Counted from the stretch's first letter, positions 9,097-18,919 are shown. The stretch: DNA of 64,000 nucleotides from Candidatus Multivoradales bacterium (GCA_965223855.1 CBDCXM010000009.1:657054-721053), one strand, 5' to 3'. Notes: a model not told the origin generated them from the sequence alone. A program made the numbers and translations.

Positions 9097-11724
9097 CTAG
9101 CCCTCTCCCTCTTCGCCCGCCTCGAACTCGATCGCCTCGAGCCCGCCACGATAGAGAGCGTTGAAGAGCAGCTTGAAGGTCCTCAGCGGCTGTGCCCGAT
9201 GCTGCGGCCGGAAGCCGAAGAGCACCACCCGGCCGTCGCCGACGCTGAACTCGACCATCGCCGCGCGCCGCTCGAGCTGGTCGATTCCGCGCACGTAGCC
9301 GGACACCTTGATGTCGTCGCGGTGATCGGGATAGCGAGCGATCACGCGGCGGTCGATCCCGCCGTGAGGCAGGCCGGTGCGAAACGCCGGCGACGAGGCG
9401 AAGTAACCCGCCTCCTCCTCTCGCAGGCCGTATCCGAGCGGGTGCTCGTTGTCGACGAGCAGGCGCAGCATCGTCCCCGGGGCGTAGAAGTCGTCGCGCG
9501 ACACCCCTTCGAGCACGTCGGTCACCGGGAGCTGGAAGAGCTCGATGGCGTAGGCCGCCGAGGAGTCCATCGCCACCAGCGTGCCTCCCGCTTCGACCCA
9601 GGTACGCAGCGTCTCCGCCCCCTCCGGGCCCAGCCCGCCGTGATACTTCGGCGGCAGCTTCGACCAGAAGCGGCGCTGCTCCGCGCTCTCCGGCTCACCG
9701 GTGGCGAGAATCGACTTCGAGACATCGGGCAGCAGCACGACGTCGGCGCCCTGCCAGAGGCCGTCGCGAATCGCCTCGTTGGAGAGGTTGACGTAATCGA
9801 ACTCGTACTGCTCGAGGACGTAGCGGGTCCAGCCCTCGTCCATGCTCGCCACCCAGGGTTTGTAGAGACCGACCTTCGGCGCGGCAACGCTCCAGCCGTC
9901 GCCCGCGGGAGCGGAGGTGAGCGGGGTCAGCGGCACCCGGAGCTCCGCGGCCAGCTCACGCAGCGCCCCGTCGTCTTCGCTGGCAGGGAACCAGACGTCT
10001 CCCGGGCTGCCGCCGTCGCCGGGATCGGAGATCCAGTAGACCTCCTCGCCGGCGGCAAGGCGCCGGTTCATCAACGGGAAGATCGAGTCGACCGCATGCG
10101 AGGCTCGATAGCCGTGCTCCGAAGGGGCGGTGTCGTGCGACGGCCAGTGAGCGGCCGTGACCTCGGTTCGAGCCCCCACCGGTTCGCTCGCCACCTCGTC
10201 GACTTCGACCCCCATGAGGATTGGCAGCGACCAGGCGGTGACGTCGTAGGGCGGGATGATCGGTCCGCCGACGTAGGGGAGCACCTCCGGATAGCGCTGC
10301 GGCCGCAGCATCGTGCGCAGGAACGCGTGGTAAGGCTGTGCCGCCGGGATCACGTGGGTGCCGGGTGGATAGGTCGTCCGTCCTACCGTGATCTCCTCCG
10401 CGGCCACCTCGACCCGGACACCATGTCGCAGCAGCAGCTCGACCAGCCGTCCGGCGGCAACCGGATCGTGCTGCTCCGGACGCACGATCCACGCACGCGC
10501 GTCGCTCTCGGCGCCGGCGGCCGCTGCCTCACTCGCCATGCGATGGAAGTTCTCGAGGATCTCGCGCCGGTACTGGGCGCTCGTCTCGACCGCCGCCCAG
10601 GTGGCGATCATCTCGTAGTCGATGATGTCGCGCAGCCTCCACCAGCCGCCCGGCCAGACCGACGGGAAGTTGGCGCGCCGCTTGTACTCAGGGAAACCCT
10701 TGCCGCCGCCGCGCAGCTCTCCCGGCTCGATGTAGATCGGGGTTGCGATCCTCACACTCGCCACCTCTGTCAGCAGGCCGGTGACGTTCTTCCACCAGGC
10801 CGTGTTGCGGGTGCCGCCGGGCCAGTAGCTGTCGAAGATCATGTTGTGGCCGACGCCGGTCTTGCCCGCCTCCTCGAGACGGAACGACATGTTGGTGCCG
10901 ATGAGATCCGCCTGGCGGAAGATCAGCGGGTGGATCTCCGGGTCGAGCGGATCGGTCTGCGGCGGCACGAACATCCGCGGCCCCGTCGAGCCCATCTGGT
11001 GCTCGTCGATGAAGATCTGCGGGAACCAGCGGTGGTAGAGCAGGTCGTTGACCGCCCGCGTTTCCGGCTGGGTCAGCATGTAGAAGTCGCGGTTGTTGTC
11101 GTGGCCGACGTAGTGGTGGTAGAGCCACGGCATCGGCCCGCCCTCGTAGTCGGTGCCGAGCTGCTCGTTGTACCAGTCGATGACCAGGAACTGGCCGTCG
11201 GGGTTGATCGACGGCACGAGCAGCAGGATGACGTCCTCCATCCACGACACCCTCGCCGGGTCCTCGGTCGTCGCGAAGTCGTGGACGAACTCCATCGCCA
11301 TCTGGGTGGCGCCGACCTCGGTCGCGTGGATGGTGCAGGTCACCAGCACGATCGCCTTGCCGCTGGCGGCAAGCTCCGCCGCCTCTTCCGGAGTCGTGCG
11401 GTCGCCCGCGGCCATGCGGGCGGCGATCGCGCGGTAGGTGTCGAGCTCCCCCTGGTTGGCGGCCGACGTGAGCACGACGGCCACCATCTCGTTGCCGAGC
11501 ACCGAGGTACCGATCGACTCGATCGACACTCGGTCGGAGGCGGCCTCGACCTCCCGCAGATACTCGAGAACGGTGTCGTAGCGCGCCAGTTGCCGGTCGG
11601 CGCCCACCGGGAAACCGAGGAACTCTTCGGGCGTGCGCAGCGTCTGCGCGCTGCTGCCGACGGGGGAACAGATCAGGGCGAAGAGAGCGATGCCGACGGC
11701 CGCGGCCGACCTTCGTTCGAGCAT
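9097..11724 (-). CDS. M14-family zinc carboxypeptidase-like secreted protein (large, multi-domain)
   Basis: ATG at 11724 with a GGAGG SD, followed by a signal peptide. Matches the M14 pattern (…HATEVGATQ…, …NPDG…, HxxE-type zinc ligands). Lies 50 bp upstream of the next gene on the same strand. Confidence 0.7.
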   Translation of the reverse strand: MLERRSAAAVGIALFALICSPVGSSAQTLRTPEEFLGFPVGADRQLARYDTVLEYLREVEAASDRVSIESIGTSVLGNEMVAVVLTSAANQGELDTYRAIAARMAAGDRTTPEEAAELAASGKAIVLVTCTIHATEVGATQMAMEFVHDFATTEDPARVSWMEDVILLLVPSINPDGQFLVIDWYNEQLGTDYEGGPMPWLYHHYVGHDNNRDFYMLTQPETRAVNDLLYHRWFPQIFIDEHQMGSTGPRMFVPPQTDPLDPEIHPLIFRQADLIGTNMSFRLEEAGKTGVGHNMIFDSYWPGGTRNTAWWKNVTGLLTEVASVRIATPIYIEPGELRGGGKGFPEYKRRANFPSVWPGGWWRLRDIIDYEMIATWAAVETSAQYRREILENFHRMASEAAAAGAESDARAWIVRPEQHDPVAAGRLVELLLRHGVRVEVAAEEITVGRTTYPPGTHVIPAAQPYHAFLRTMLRPQRYPEVLPYVGGPIIPPYDVTAWSLPILMGVEVDEVASEPVGARTEVTAAHWPSHDTAPSEHGYRASHAVDSIFPLMNRRLAAGEEVYWISDPGDGGSPGDVWFPASEDDGALRELAAELRVPLTPLTSAPAGDGWSVAAPKVGLYKPWVASMDEGWTRYVLEQYEFDYVNLSNEAIRDGLWQGADVVLLPDVSKSILATGEPESAEQRRFWSKLPPKYHGGLGPEGAETLRTWVEAGGTLVAMDSSAAYAIELFQLPVTDVLEGVSRDDFYAPGTMLRLLVDNEHPLGYGLREEEAGYFASSPAFRTGLPHGGIDRRVIARYPDHRDDIKVSGYVRGIDQLERRAAMVEFSVGDGRVVLFGFRPQHRAQPLRTFKLLFNALYRGGLEAIEFEAGEEGEG

Positions 11725-11861
11725 GAAGCCTCCAGAGATGTCGCGGGCGCGGCGCCGCCTCACCATCGGTAGAGCCGCCGCCGCGCCCAGGGCTGCCTGT
11801 TGAATGGGATCATAGCGTGGCGCCACGGGCGGACCGTGCGCGGGCAGGAGAGCATCGGCCG

Positions 11862-12317
11862 ATGAGCGACGACTACACCAGCAGCAGCGAAGGTGCCCTG
11901 ATCGTCGGGGCGATCGTAATACCGCGCGAGGAGGTCTCCTTCCGCACCTCTCGCAGTTCCGGACCCGGCGGTCAGAACGTCAACAAGGTCGAAACGAAGG
12001 TGACCCTGCTGTTCGATCTTGCGGGCTCGGCGGCGCTGACGCGCGGCCAGAAGGAGCGCGTCGCCGCGAAGCTGGGAGGACGGATCAACCGCGACGGTGT
12101 CCTCCGCGTGTCGAGCCAGCGCCACCGGACCCAGAAGGGCAACCGCGCGGCCGTCGAGCAGCGCTTCGTCGAGCTGCTGACCGGAGCGCTCGCCAGGCCG
12201 AAGAGACGGCGGCCGACGAAGGTGCCGCGCGCCGCCCACGAGCGGCGGCTGGAGGAGAAGCGACGCCGCTCTCAGCGCAAGCGCGACCGCCGATCGCCGT
12301 CAGGCCGGAGCGACTGA
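11862..12317 (+). CDS. arfB: Alternative ribosome-rescue factor ArfB (peptidyl-tRNA hydrolase, GGQ motif)
   Basis: Contains SGPGGQNVNKVETKV and a basic C-terminal tail (RRRRPTKVPRAAHERRLEEKRRRSQRKRDRRS). Confidence 0.8.
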   Translation: MSDDYTSSSEGALIVGAIVIPREEVSFRTSRSSGPGGQNVNKVETKVTLLFDLAGSAALTRGQKERVAAKLGGRINRDGVLRVSSQRHRTQKGNRAAVEQRFVELLTGALARPKRRRPTKVPRAAHERRLEEKRRRSQRKRDRRSPSGRSD

Positions 12318-13910
12318 CGCGGCTTCTTCCCGCGGCACCGTCGCGCCGGCGGCCGCCCTGACCAGGTCGGCGCCGTGCTCGGCGATCATCACCGTCGGTG
12401 CGTTGGTGTTGCCACGCACCACCGTCGGCATCACCGAGGCGTCGATCACCCGCAGTCCATCGAGGCCTCGCACCGTCAGCGTCGGATCGACGACCGCACC
12501 GTTTCCATTTCCCATCCTGCAGGTTCCGACCGGGTGGTAGAGGAGCTCGGTCTTGCGTCGCAGGAAGTCGTCGATCTGCTCGTCGCTCTCGACCTCTCCG
12601 CCGGGGCGCCACTCCCCCTCGCAGTGATCGGCCAGAGGCGCGGTGGCGGCGATGCGGCGGGCGATCTTCACCCCCTCGCGCAGCACCGCGACGTCGCGAT
12701 CGTCCCCGAGCTGGCCGGTGACGATTCGTGGAGGCGTGCGCGGGTCGGCATCCGCCAGACGAAGGTGACCCCGACTCCGGGGAGCGATCAGCGTCGGTGC
12801 GAGGGTGAACCCGTCGCCGGAGGTGTCGAGGGCGTGGTCCTCGAACAGCGCCGGCGCGAAGTGGAACTGGAGATCGGGCGCCGCGAGCCCGTCACGGCTG
12901 CGCACGAACCCTCCCGCCTCTGCGACGTTCGAGGTCAGCGGACCGCGACGTGACAGCAGGAAGCGTCCGAGGTTGGGCAGCGATTCGGCACGCCGCAGCG
13001 TGCGGCACTTCGGGGTGTACCAGCCGACCGCGACCACCGGATGGTCGTGGAGGTTGGCGCCGACACCGGGGAGATCGACGGCGACCTCGAGGCCGAGTGC
13101 CTCGAGGTCGGCCGCCGGGCCGATTCCGGAGAGCAGCAGCAACTGCGGCGACTTGAGGGATCCGGCGGCAACGAGGACCTCCCGCCCGATCAGCACCGCC
13201 TCGGTGCGCCCGTGGCGCCGGTACTCGACCCCGACCGCGCGCCGGCCGTCGAGCAGGATGCGATCGACCTCCACTCCGGTGCGCACCGTGAGATTGGGGC
13301 GCCGCAGCGCCGGCTTGAGATAGGCGTCGGCAACGCTCCACCGCCGCCCGTCGAGCTGCGTCACCTGGTAGGTGCCGAAGCCTCCCTGCCGGGCACCGTT
13401 GAAGTCCTCGTTGGTGTCGTAACCGGCCGCCGCGGCGGACTCGATCAGCGCCGAAGACAGCGGGTGGGGTTCGCGGGCGTCCTCGACCACCAGCGGCCCT
13501 CCCTCGCCGTGGTACTCGTCACCGCCTCGCGCCTGCTTCTCGGCGCGCCGGAAGTACGGCAGCACTTCCTCGAAGCTCCACCCCGAGGCGCCCTCGCGAG
13601 CCCAGTCGTCGTAGTCGTTGCGATGGCCGCGAATGTAGATCATCGCGTTCATCGAGCTCGAACCGCCCAGCATCCGACCGCGTGGCATGTAGAGCGACCG
13701 TCCTGCCAGCTGCGGCTCGGCGGCGCCCCACAGATTCCAGTCGCGGCGGGTATGGAAGAGTTTCGAGAACGCGGCCGGCACCCGCACCTCCAGGCTGCGG
13801 TCGCTGCCACCCGCCTCGAGGACCAGCACCCTGCAATCCGGGTCCTCGGTCAGGCGACTGGCCAGCACGCATCCGGCGGAGCCGGCGCCGACGATCACGT
13901 AATCGAACAT
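12300..13910 (-). CDS. GMC-family FAD oxidoreductase (choline dehydrogenase-like)
   Basis: N-terminus MFDYVIVGAGSAGCVLASRL, with GMC N- and C-domain pattern. Its 3' end overlaps the arfB 3' end by 18 nt (convergent). Confidence 0.85.
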   Translation of the reverse strand: MFDYVIVGAGSAGCVLASRLTEDPDCRVLVLEAGGSDRSLEVRVPAAFSKLFHTRRDWNLWGAAEPQLAGRSLYMPRGRMLGGSSSMNAMIYIRGHRNDYDDWAREGASGWSFEEVLPYFRRAEKQARGGDEYHGEGGPLVVEDAREPHPLSSALIESAAAAGYDTNEDFNGARQGGFGTYQVTQLDGRRWSVADAYLKPALRRPNLTVRTGVEVDRILLDGRRAVGVEYRRHGRTEAVLIGREVLVAAGSLKSPQLLLLSGIGPAADLEALGLEVAVDLPGVGANLHDHPVVAVGWYTPKCRTLRRAESLPNLGRFLLSRRGPLTSNVAEAGGFVRSRDGLAAPDLQFHFAPALFEDHALDTSGDGFTLAPTLIAPRSRGHLRLADADPRTPPRIVTGQLGDDRDVAVLREGVKIARRIAATAPLADHCEGEWRPGGEVESDEQIDDFLRRKTELLYHPVGTCRMGNGNGAVVDPTLTVRGLDGLRVIDASVMPTVVRGNTNAPTVMIAEHGADLVRAAAGATVPREEAASVAPA

Positions 13911-13961
13911 GCCTGGAGATCTTCTCACCTTCCGGCAGCGACTCGCCGGTAACCCGGCCCC

Positions 13962-16166
13962 CTACGTCGAGGGGAAGCCGTCGATCGTCAACGCGACCTC
14001 TCCTGGCGGCGCCGGCCTGCCGAGAAAGTACCCCTGGACCGCGTCGCAGCCGGCGGCAGCCAGGAAATCGAGCTGCGAGCGACGCTCCACTCCCTCGGCG
14101 ACGACTTTGAGATCGAGGCTGCGGGCGAGGTTGATGACCGCTTCGACGATCACGCTCTCGGTCTCTCCGCGGTCGCAGGACTCGATGAAGGTGCGATCGA
14201 GCTTGAGAGTGTCGATCGGCAGCCGGCTGAGCGAGCTCAGGGACGAATGCCCGGTGCCGAAGTCGTCGAGAGCGACGCGGATTCCGAGCTCCTTCAGGCT
14301 CTCGATGGTCCGCACCCCGGCGTCGAGATCCCGCATCACGGAGCCCTCGGTGAGCTCGACCTCGAGCAGCTCCGGGGGCAGCTGAGCCTCTGTCAGACAG
14401 GCTCGGATGACGTCCACCAGCCCCCTCTGACGGAACTGCCGGGCGGAGATGTTGACAGCGATCCGGAACTCGTCGAGCCCTTCGTCGAGCCACGCCCGAC
14501 GCTGGCGCAAGGCCGTCTCGAGAGCCCAGCGCCCGAGCGGTGCGATGAGCCCACACTCTTCCGCCGCCGACACGAACTCCAGCGGCTCGACGGGTGCGCC
14601 GTTGCGCGACCAGCGCAGGAGCCCCTCGACACAGGCGAGCTCCCCCGAGGACAGGCCGAAGATCGGCTGGTAGGCCATGGTGAAGGTCTCACTCTGGAGC
14701 GCCTCACGGATGTCGTTCTCAAGGTTCAGACGCTCGGCGGCATGCTCCCGCATCGACGGCGAAAAGATCTGGTAGCAGTCGCGACCGAGCTCCTTCGCCC
14801 GGTACAGCGCCGTGTCGGCGTTCCTGACGAGCGTGTCCGAGTCCACCCCGTCGTGCGGGAAGAGGCTGATACCGATGCTCGCCGTCACCTGCAAGGTCCG
14901 CTCCTCGATCTGGAACGGCGGCCTCAGCCCTTCGAGCGTGGTCTCGGCCACCTTGGCGGCGTTCTCGGCCGTGCCGAGATCCGACACCACCAGCATGAAC
15001 TCGTCGCCGCCGAGTCGCGCCACCGTATCGCCCGACCGGGTGCGGGTCTCGAGCCTGCGACCGACTTCGCTCAGGAGCTGGTCGCCCACCACGTGGCCGA
15101 GGGTGTCGTTGATCGTCTTGAAACGATCGAGATCGATGAAGAAGACCCCCAGCAGCTCGTCGCCCCGCGCCGCCGATCCGAGCGCCTGATCGAGGCGGTC
15201 GTAGAGCAGCGTCCGGTTCGGCAGGCCGGTCAATCCGTCCCGGTAGGCGTGCAACCGGATGGCCTCTTCCGCCTTCTTCTGCTCGGTGACGTCGCGAAAG
15301 CTCCAGACCCGCCCCCCCTGATCGGTCGGCTGGGGCCGGGAATAGCGCTCGAAGACACGCCCGTCGCGAAACTCGAGGATGTCGAAGCTCTCCGTCTCAT
15401 GATCGGCGTAGAGCTCACGGACCTTGGACAGGAAGGACTCCGGATAGACGAGCTGCCCGAGCACATGCTGAATCGCCCGCTCGTCGTCGCGCGACTGCAG
15501 GATCTCGGGAGGGATCTTCCAAAGCTCGCGGAAGCGCTCGTTGAAAGCGCTGATCCGTCCCTCCCCGTCGACCACGAGAATGCCGTCGGCGGTCGAGTCG
15601 AGGGTCGCCCGCAACAGCGCGAGGGAGCGCTCGAGCTCCCTCGACGCCTCGACCTCCCGCGTCACGTTCCTGACGAGCGCCAGCAGTTGGCCGTCGTGCA
15701 TCGGAACGATGCGCGCCTCCCAGGAGTGTTTCGCGCCGCCGATCGCAAGGTCGTACTGCAGGCGAACCATCGTCTCGCCGTCGCGCGAGCGACGCAGGGC
15801 GTCCCGAAAGAGGCCGGCGACCCCTTCGTCGGGCACCGACTGGATCCTGCGGCCGACGAGATCGGGAGCCGGCCTCATCAGATGGGCCTTCGGACTCCCC
15901 CGACACTCGACGATGCGACCGTCGGGCTCGAGCCGGAAGAACAGGTCGGGGAACGCCTGCAGGACCGCGCGGATCTGCGAGTTGGCCTCGAGCAGCTCCT
16001 CGGAGCTCAGATCGAAGGCTCGTTCGAGCATCGCCCTGTCGCCGTCGGCCTGGCGATAGGCGGAGTCGATCGAGTCGAGAAACGCCGCCCAGGCTTCCGG
16101 GATCTGGAAGTTGCGACCGAAGTGGCGGCGCAGTTGACGGGCCAGCAGTGCGTGGTGCGACTTCAC
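13962..16166 (-). CDS. PAS/PAC–GGDEF–EAL c-di-GMP signalling protein
   Basis: Has a GGDEF motif (RLGGDEFMLVV) and an EAL domain (…ALDDFGTGHSSLSSLSRLPIDTLKLDRTF…), with PAS-like segments upstream. The GTG start at 16166 is chosen because the FIST gene ends at 16280; the exact start is uncertain. Confidence 0.75.
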   Translation of the reverse strand: MKSHHALLARQLRRHFGRNFQIPEAWAAFLDSIDSAYRQADGDRAMLERAFDLSSEELLEANSQIRAVLQAFPDLFFRLEPDGRIVECRGSPKAHLMRPAPDLVGRRIQSVPDEGVAGLFRDALRRSRDGETMVRLQYDLAIGGAKHSWEARIVPMHDGQLLALVRNVTREVEASRELERSLALLRATLDSTADGILVVDGEGRISAFNERFRELWKIPPEILQSRDDERAIQHVLGQLVYPESFLSKVRELYADHETESFDILEFRDGRVFERYSRPQPTDQGGRVWSFRDVTEQKKAEEAIRLHAYRDGLTGLPNRTLLYDRLDQALGSAARGDELLGVFFIDLDRFKTINDTLGHVVGDQLLSEVGRRLETRTRSGDTVARLGGDEFMLVVSDLGTAENAAKVAETTLEGLRPPFQIEERTLQVTASIGISLFPHDGVDSDTLVRNADTALYRAKELGRDCYQIFSPSMREHAAERLNLENDIREALQSETFTMAYQPIFGLSSGELACVEGLLRWSRNGAPVEPLEFVSAAEECGLIAPLGRWALETALRQRRAWLDEGLDEFRIAVNISARQFRQRGLVDVIRACLTEAQLPPELLEVELTEGSVMRDLDAGVRTIESLKELGIRVALDDFGTGHSSLSSLSRLPIDTLKLDRTFIESCDRGETESVIVEAVINLARSLDLKVVAEGVERRSQLDFLAAAGCDAVQGYFLGRPAPPGEVALTIDGFPST

Positions 16167-16279
16167 CGGCGTCGGATCCCGCGGGCCGCGCCCGCCAGCG
16201 CGCCGAAGAGCGACGGAGTGGGGCAACCCGGTGGCTGGTACAACATGACTTGACGGCCGGGGCTGAGGAGACGTCCCGG

Positions 16280-17416
16280 CTAGATCTCCCTCAGAGTCGT
16301 GATCGTCAGAGTCTGATTGTGGAGGTCGCAGGGCCCGGGCGCAAGAAGTGGCGAGATTTCGCCGTTCGAGTAGAAGCCGCAGAAGGCCGCCGACCCACCG
16401 ATCACGTCGCGGGCGCTCTCGATCTCCTCTTCGACCCGCTGTTGCAGCACGAGCTTGCGGCCGATGCAACTGATGAGGATCGCGAGCTCGGCGGTATCGT
16501 CCCCTTCCAGGCGGGCCTTCCTCGCCGCCCCCACCGCGCCGTCGATCAGGCGGTCGAAGTTCGCCTTCATGAAGCGGGCGTACCCCCCCTGCGGAATGTT
16601 GCCGGCGAAGGTCATCGAGCCGCCTTCGTCGTCGATCGCGACGACGGTTCGCACGAGCGGCTCGCTCTCCCTCGAGGGCCGCACGCTCAGTGGAAAGAGG
16701 AGGCCGGAAGCAGGGAGCCGATCGGCGTAGTCGCCGAGGTAGCGCCTGTAGAGCTCCAGAGCGGAGCGACCGTCGAGCTCGAAGAGCTGGTTGCCTTCCG
16801 ACGAGGTGACCAGCCGCTCCGGTCCGAAGGGATCCCAGCCGCCCAGCGACCCGAACCCGACGCTCAGGCGCGAGCCGTAGAAGCCGACCGCCGCCACCAG
16901 CCGGGTGCAGGCGCGGCCCTCGAACAGCACACGAGTTTCCTCCAGCCTGATGCCGTCGCTCGCGAGTCCGCCGGTGACGACGACCGACTCCGGCAACCGC
17001 TCGTTGAGCCCGCGCACCAGCTCAGAGCCGTTGATGTGGATGCCGTCGGAGAGCACCAGGACGTGCGTGAGGTCGGGCGACGCGAGCTGCTCGGCGAGTT
17101 CACGTCCGGCGAGGTGGCTGGTGGCGGGCTCGCAGATCGACGCGCTGGCGAGTCTCGCCTCGGTGTTCTCCAGGTAGATGGCCGAGACGACGAGGGTGTC
17201 GTCCCGAACCTGGTCACCGAGGATCTCGCCGGCGGTCGAGCAACCGACGAGACTCTTCGAGCCGTAGACCCGCGCGAGCTCGTCGATGAGGTCGGAGCGC
17301 TCCAGCAGTCCTGTAGCACCGAACACGAGAGTCACGTCGGGGAGCCGCCCCTGGTGAGCGCAGGGCGGCGGGTTCCAGCCGCCATCCACCGACCAGCACG
17401 CTTGCATCACCTCCAT
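16280..17416 (-). CDS. FIST-domain (FIST_N/FIST_C) sensory protein, standalone
   Basis: Sequence pattern typical of FIST N and C domains. ATG at 17416 is preceded by GGAAGGGG. Confidence 0.65.
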   Translation of the reverse strand: MEVMQACWSVDGGWNPPPCAHQGRLPDVTLVFGATGLLERSDLIDELARVYGSKSLVGCSTAGEILGDQVRDDTLVVSAIYLENTEARLASASICEPATSHLAGRELAEQLASPDLTHVLVLSDGIHINGSELVRGLNERLPESVVVTGGLASDGIRLEETRVLFEGRACTRLVAAVGFYGSRLSVGFGSLGGWDPFGPERLVTSSEGNQLFELDGRSALELYRRYLGDYADRLPASGLLFPLSVRPSRESEPLVRTVVAIDDEGGSMTFAGNIPQGGYARFMKANFDRLIDGAVGAARKARLEGDDTAELAILISCIGRKLVLQQRVEEEIESARDVIGGSAAFCGFYSNGEISPLLAPGPCDLHNQTLTITTLREI

Positions 17417-17583
17417 CACAACCCCTTCCGTCGCAATCCGCCGAAAAAACGGAGTGTATTGTGGCGGAAAACGGCACTCGTCGGCAAAGAGCCTTTCGTG
17501 CAGGTGCAAACAGGGCGAGCGGCAACCATGAAAAAAGCGGAGGTCGAAACCTCCGCCTTTCGGACTGCTCGTTGAGCCGGATC

Positions 17584-17793
17584 TCAGGCGAGACCCATGC
17601 GCCGTTCTTCCGCGAGCTTGCGCATCATCTTCTTACGAGCCTGCGCCGCCTTGCGCTTGCGCTTGATCGACGGCTTCTCGTAGTACTGACGCTTCTTGAG
17701 CTCCGTCAGAACCCCGGACTTCTCGCACTTGCGCTTGAAGCGCCGCAGGGCTCCCTCGAAGTTCTCGTCCTCGCGAATAAAGACTACCGGCAC
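17584..17793 (-). CDS. rpsU: 30S ribosomal protein S21
   Basis: [48 protein letters not shown]… is a close match to the S21 family. Confidence 0.9.
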   Translation of the reverse strand: MPVVFIREDENFEGALRRFKRKCEKSGVLTELKKRQYYEKPSIKRKRKAAQARKKMMRKLAEERRMGLA

Positions 17794-17893
17794 GGAAACA
17801 TCACCTCACTCTCGTCTGCCGTGATTTCCTACCTGTGAAGGAGGGCCGCCGGAATCGGCGGGACGCGTATTGTCCCCACCGACTCCAGGGGTG

Positions 17894-18715
17894 TCAAGCG
17901 GCCTCTTCCTCCTCGGCCTTGCCTTCGACGGCTTCGAACTTCATCTGGTAGACCTTGGCCACGCCGTCGTCGTCCGGCCGGAACCAGACCGCCGCCGCCG
18001 CGCCGTTGTCCGCGGTCGGGTAGAACCAGGCGGTGACGCCGTTGTCGTCGTAGGTGCGGACGTTGTAGTGAAGGGGCGTACCGAGGGCGGCGCGGATCTC
18101 GGCCTCGGTCATGCCGTTCTGAGCGGCCTCGAACCGCTCCAGGCTCATGAAACGCTCGGACTCGGCACTCGCCAGAGCCGCCTTGAGCGCATCGTTGTCG
18201 GGGTCGAGCACCAGCGCCTGGTTGTAGATCTGGATCGCCTTCTTGTAGTCGCCACCCTCGCTGATCCACTCCTTGGCGAGCTCCATGTCCTCGGTGCTCT
18301 TCATGCGGATCGCCGCGAGCTGGCGCTCGTTGATCGGTTCCCCTTCGATCATCGGATCGGCGTTGAGAAAGCCGACGATGTTGGTACCGAACTGCTCCGC
18401 CATCGCGGCCACCTCTGCCTTGGCCTGCTCGACCTGGCCCGAAAGATCCTCGCCGGCGGTCGCAGCGCCCTCTTCGCCCTCGGCGGTCGCCTCGTCCGTG
18501 CCCTCGGCGTCGGTCGCAGCGGCTGCGGCAGCCGCAGCCTGAGCGACGAGGTCTGCGTACTCGGCACGCTTGGCGTCGAGCGCCGCCTTCTCGGCCTCCA
18601 GGGCCGCGAACTGCTCGTTGAGCGGATCGGCCGCCTCGCCACCGCAAGCGGCGAGCGAAAGCACCCCTGTCAGCGCCAGCGCCACGGCGACCAGCGTCTT
18701 CGCTTTGTCTCTCAT
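17894..18715 (-). CDS. Lipoprotein, Ala/Glu-rich coiled N-region plus a globular C-domain
   Basis: Lipobox LSLAACGG after a signal peptide. Ala/Glu-rich low-complexity region. No confident family assignment. Confidence 0.55.
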   Translation of the reverse strand: MRDKAKTLVAVALALTGVLSLAACGGEAADPLNEQFAALEAEKAALDAKRAEYADLVAQAAAAAAAATDAEGTDEATAEGEEGAATAGEDLSGQVEQAKAEVAAMAEQFGTNIVGFLNADPMIEGEPINERQLAAIRMKSTEDMELAKEWISEGGDYKKAIQIYNQALVLDPDNDALKAALASAESERFMSLERFEAAQNGMTEAEIRAALGTPLHYNVRTYDDNGVTAWFYPTADNGAAAAVWFRPDDDGVAKVYQMKFEAVEGKAEEEEAA

Positions 18716-18843
18716 CGTCTTGCCTCCCTGGGAGCGTGCAAAGAGGCGTCAAACTACCACAGGGGTCGGAGACGACAAAACGCCGCGCCTTCGCGAGTTC
18801 GCCATAAACCCCTTGACTACAATGCTTTTCGCGTCCTGCTTCC

Positions 18844-18872
18844 TTGACACACCCAGGGGGCTGCCTGATAAT
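18844..18872 (+). promoter_or_regulatory. Near-consensus sigma70 promoter TTGACA-N17-GATAAT, upstream of the gene starting at 18920
   Basis: ttgaca (18844-18849), a 17-nt spacer, then gataat (18867-18872), about 45 nt before the ATG at 18920. Confidence 0.45.
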
Positions 18873-18919
18873 CAACCGCCCCGAAACCGCCCGTGTGGCC
18901 TCCGGAGACGCTGCTCAAG

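Noticed and set aside
9076-11772. 898-aa plus-strand ORF
   Set aside because: Antisense to the M14 peptidase gene. Arg/Gly/Asp-rich with no recognisable domain; a GC-shadow ORF.
14247-16253. 668-aa plus-strand ORF
   Set aside because: Antisense to the PAS-GGDEF-EAL gene. No motifs; a shadow ORF.
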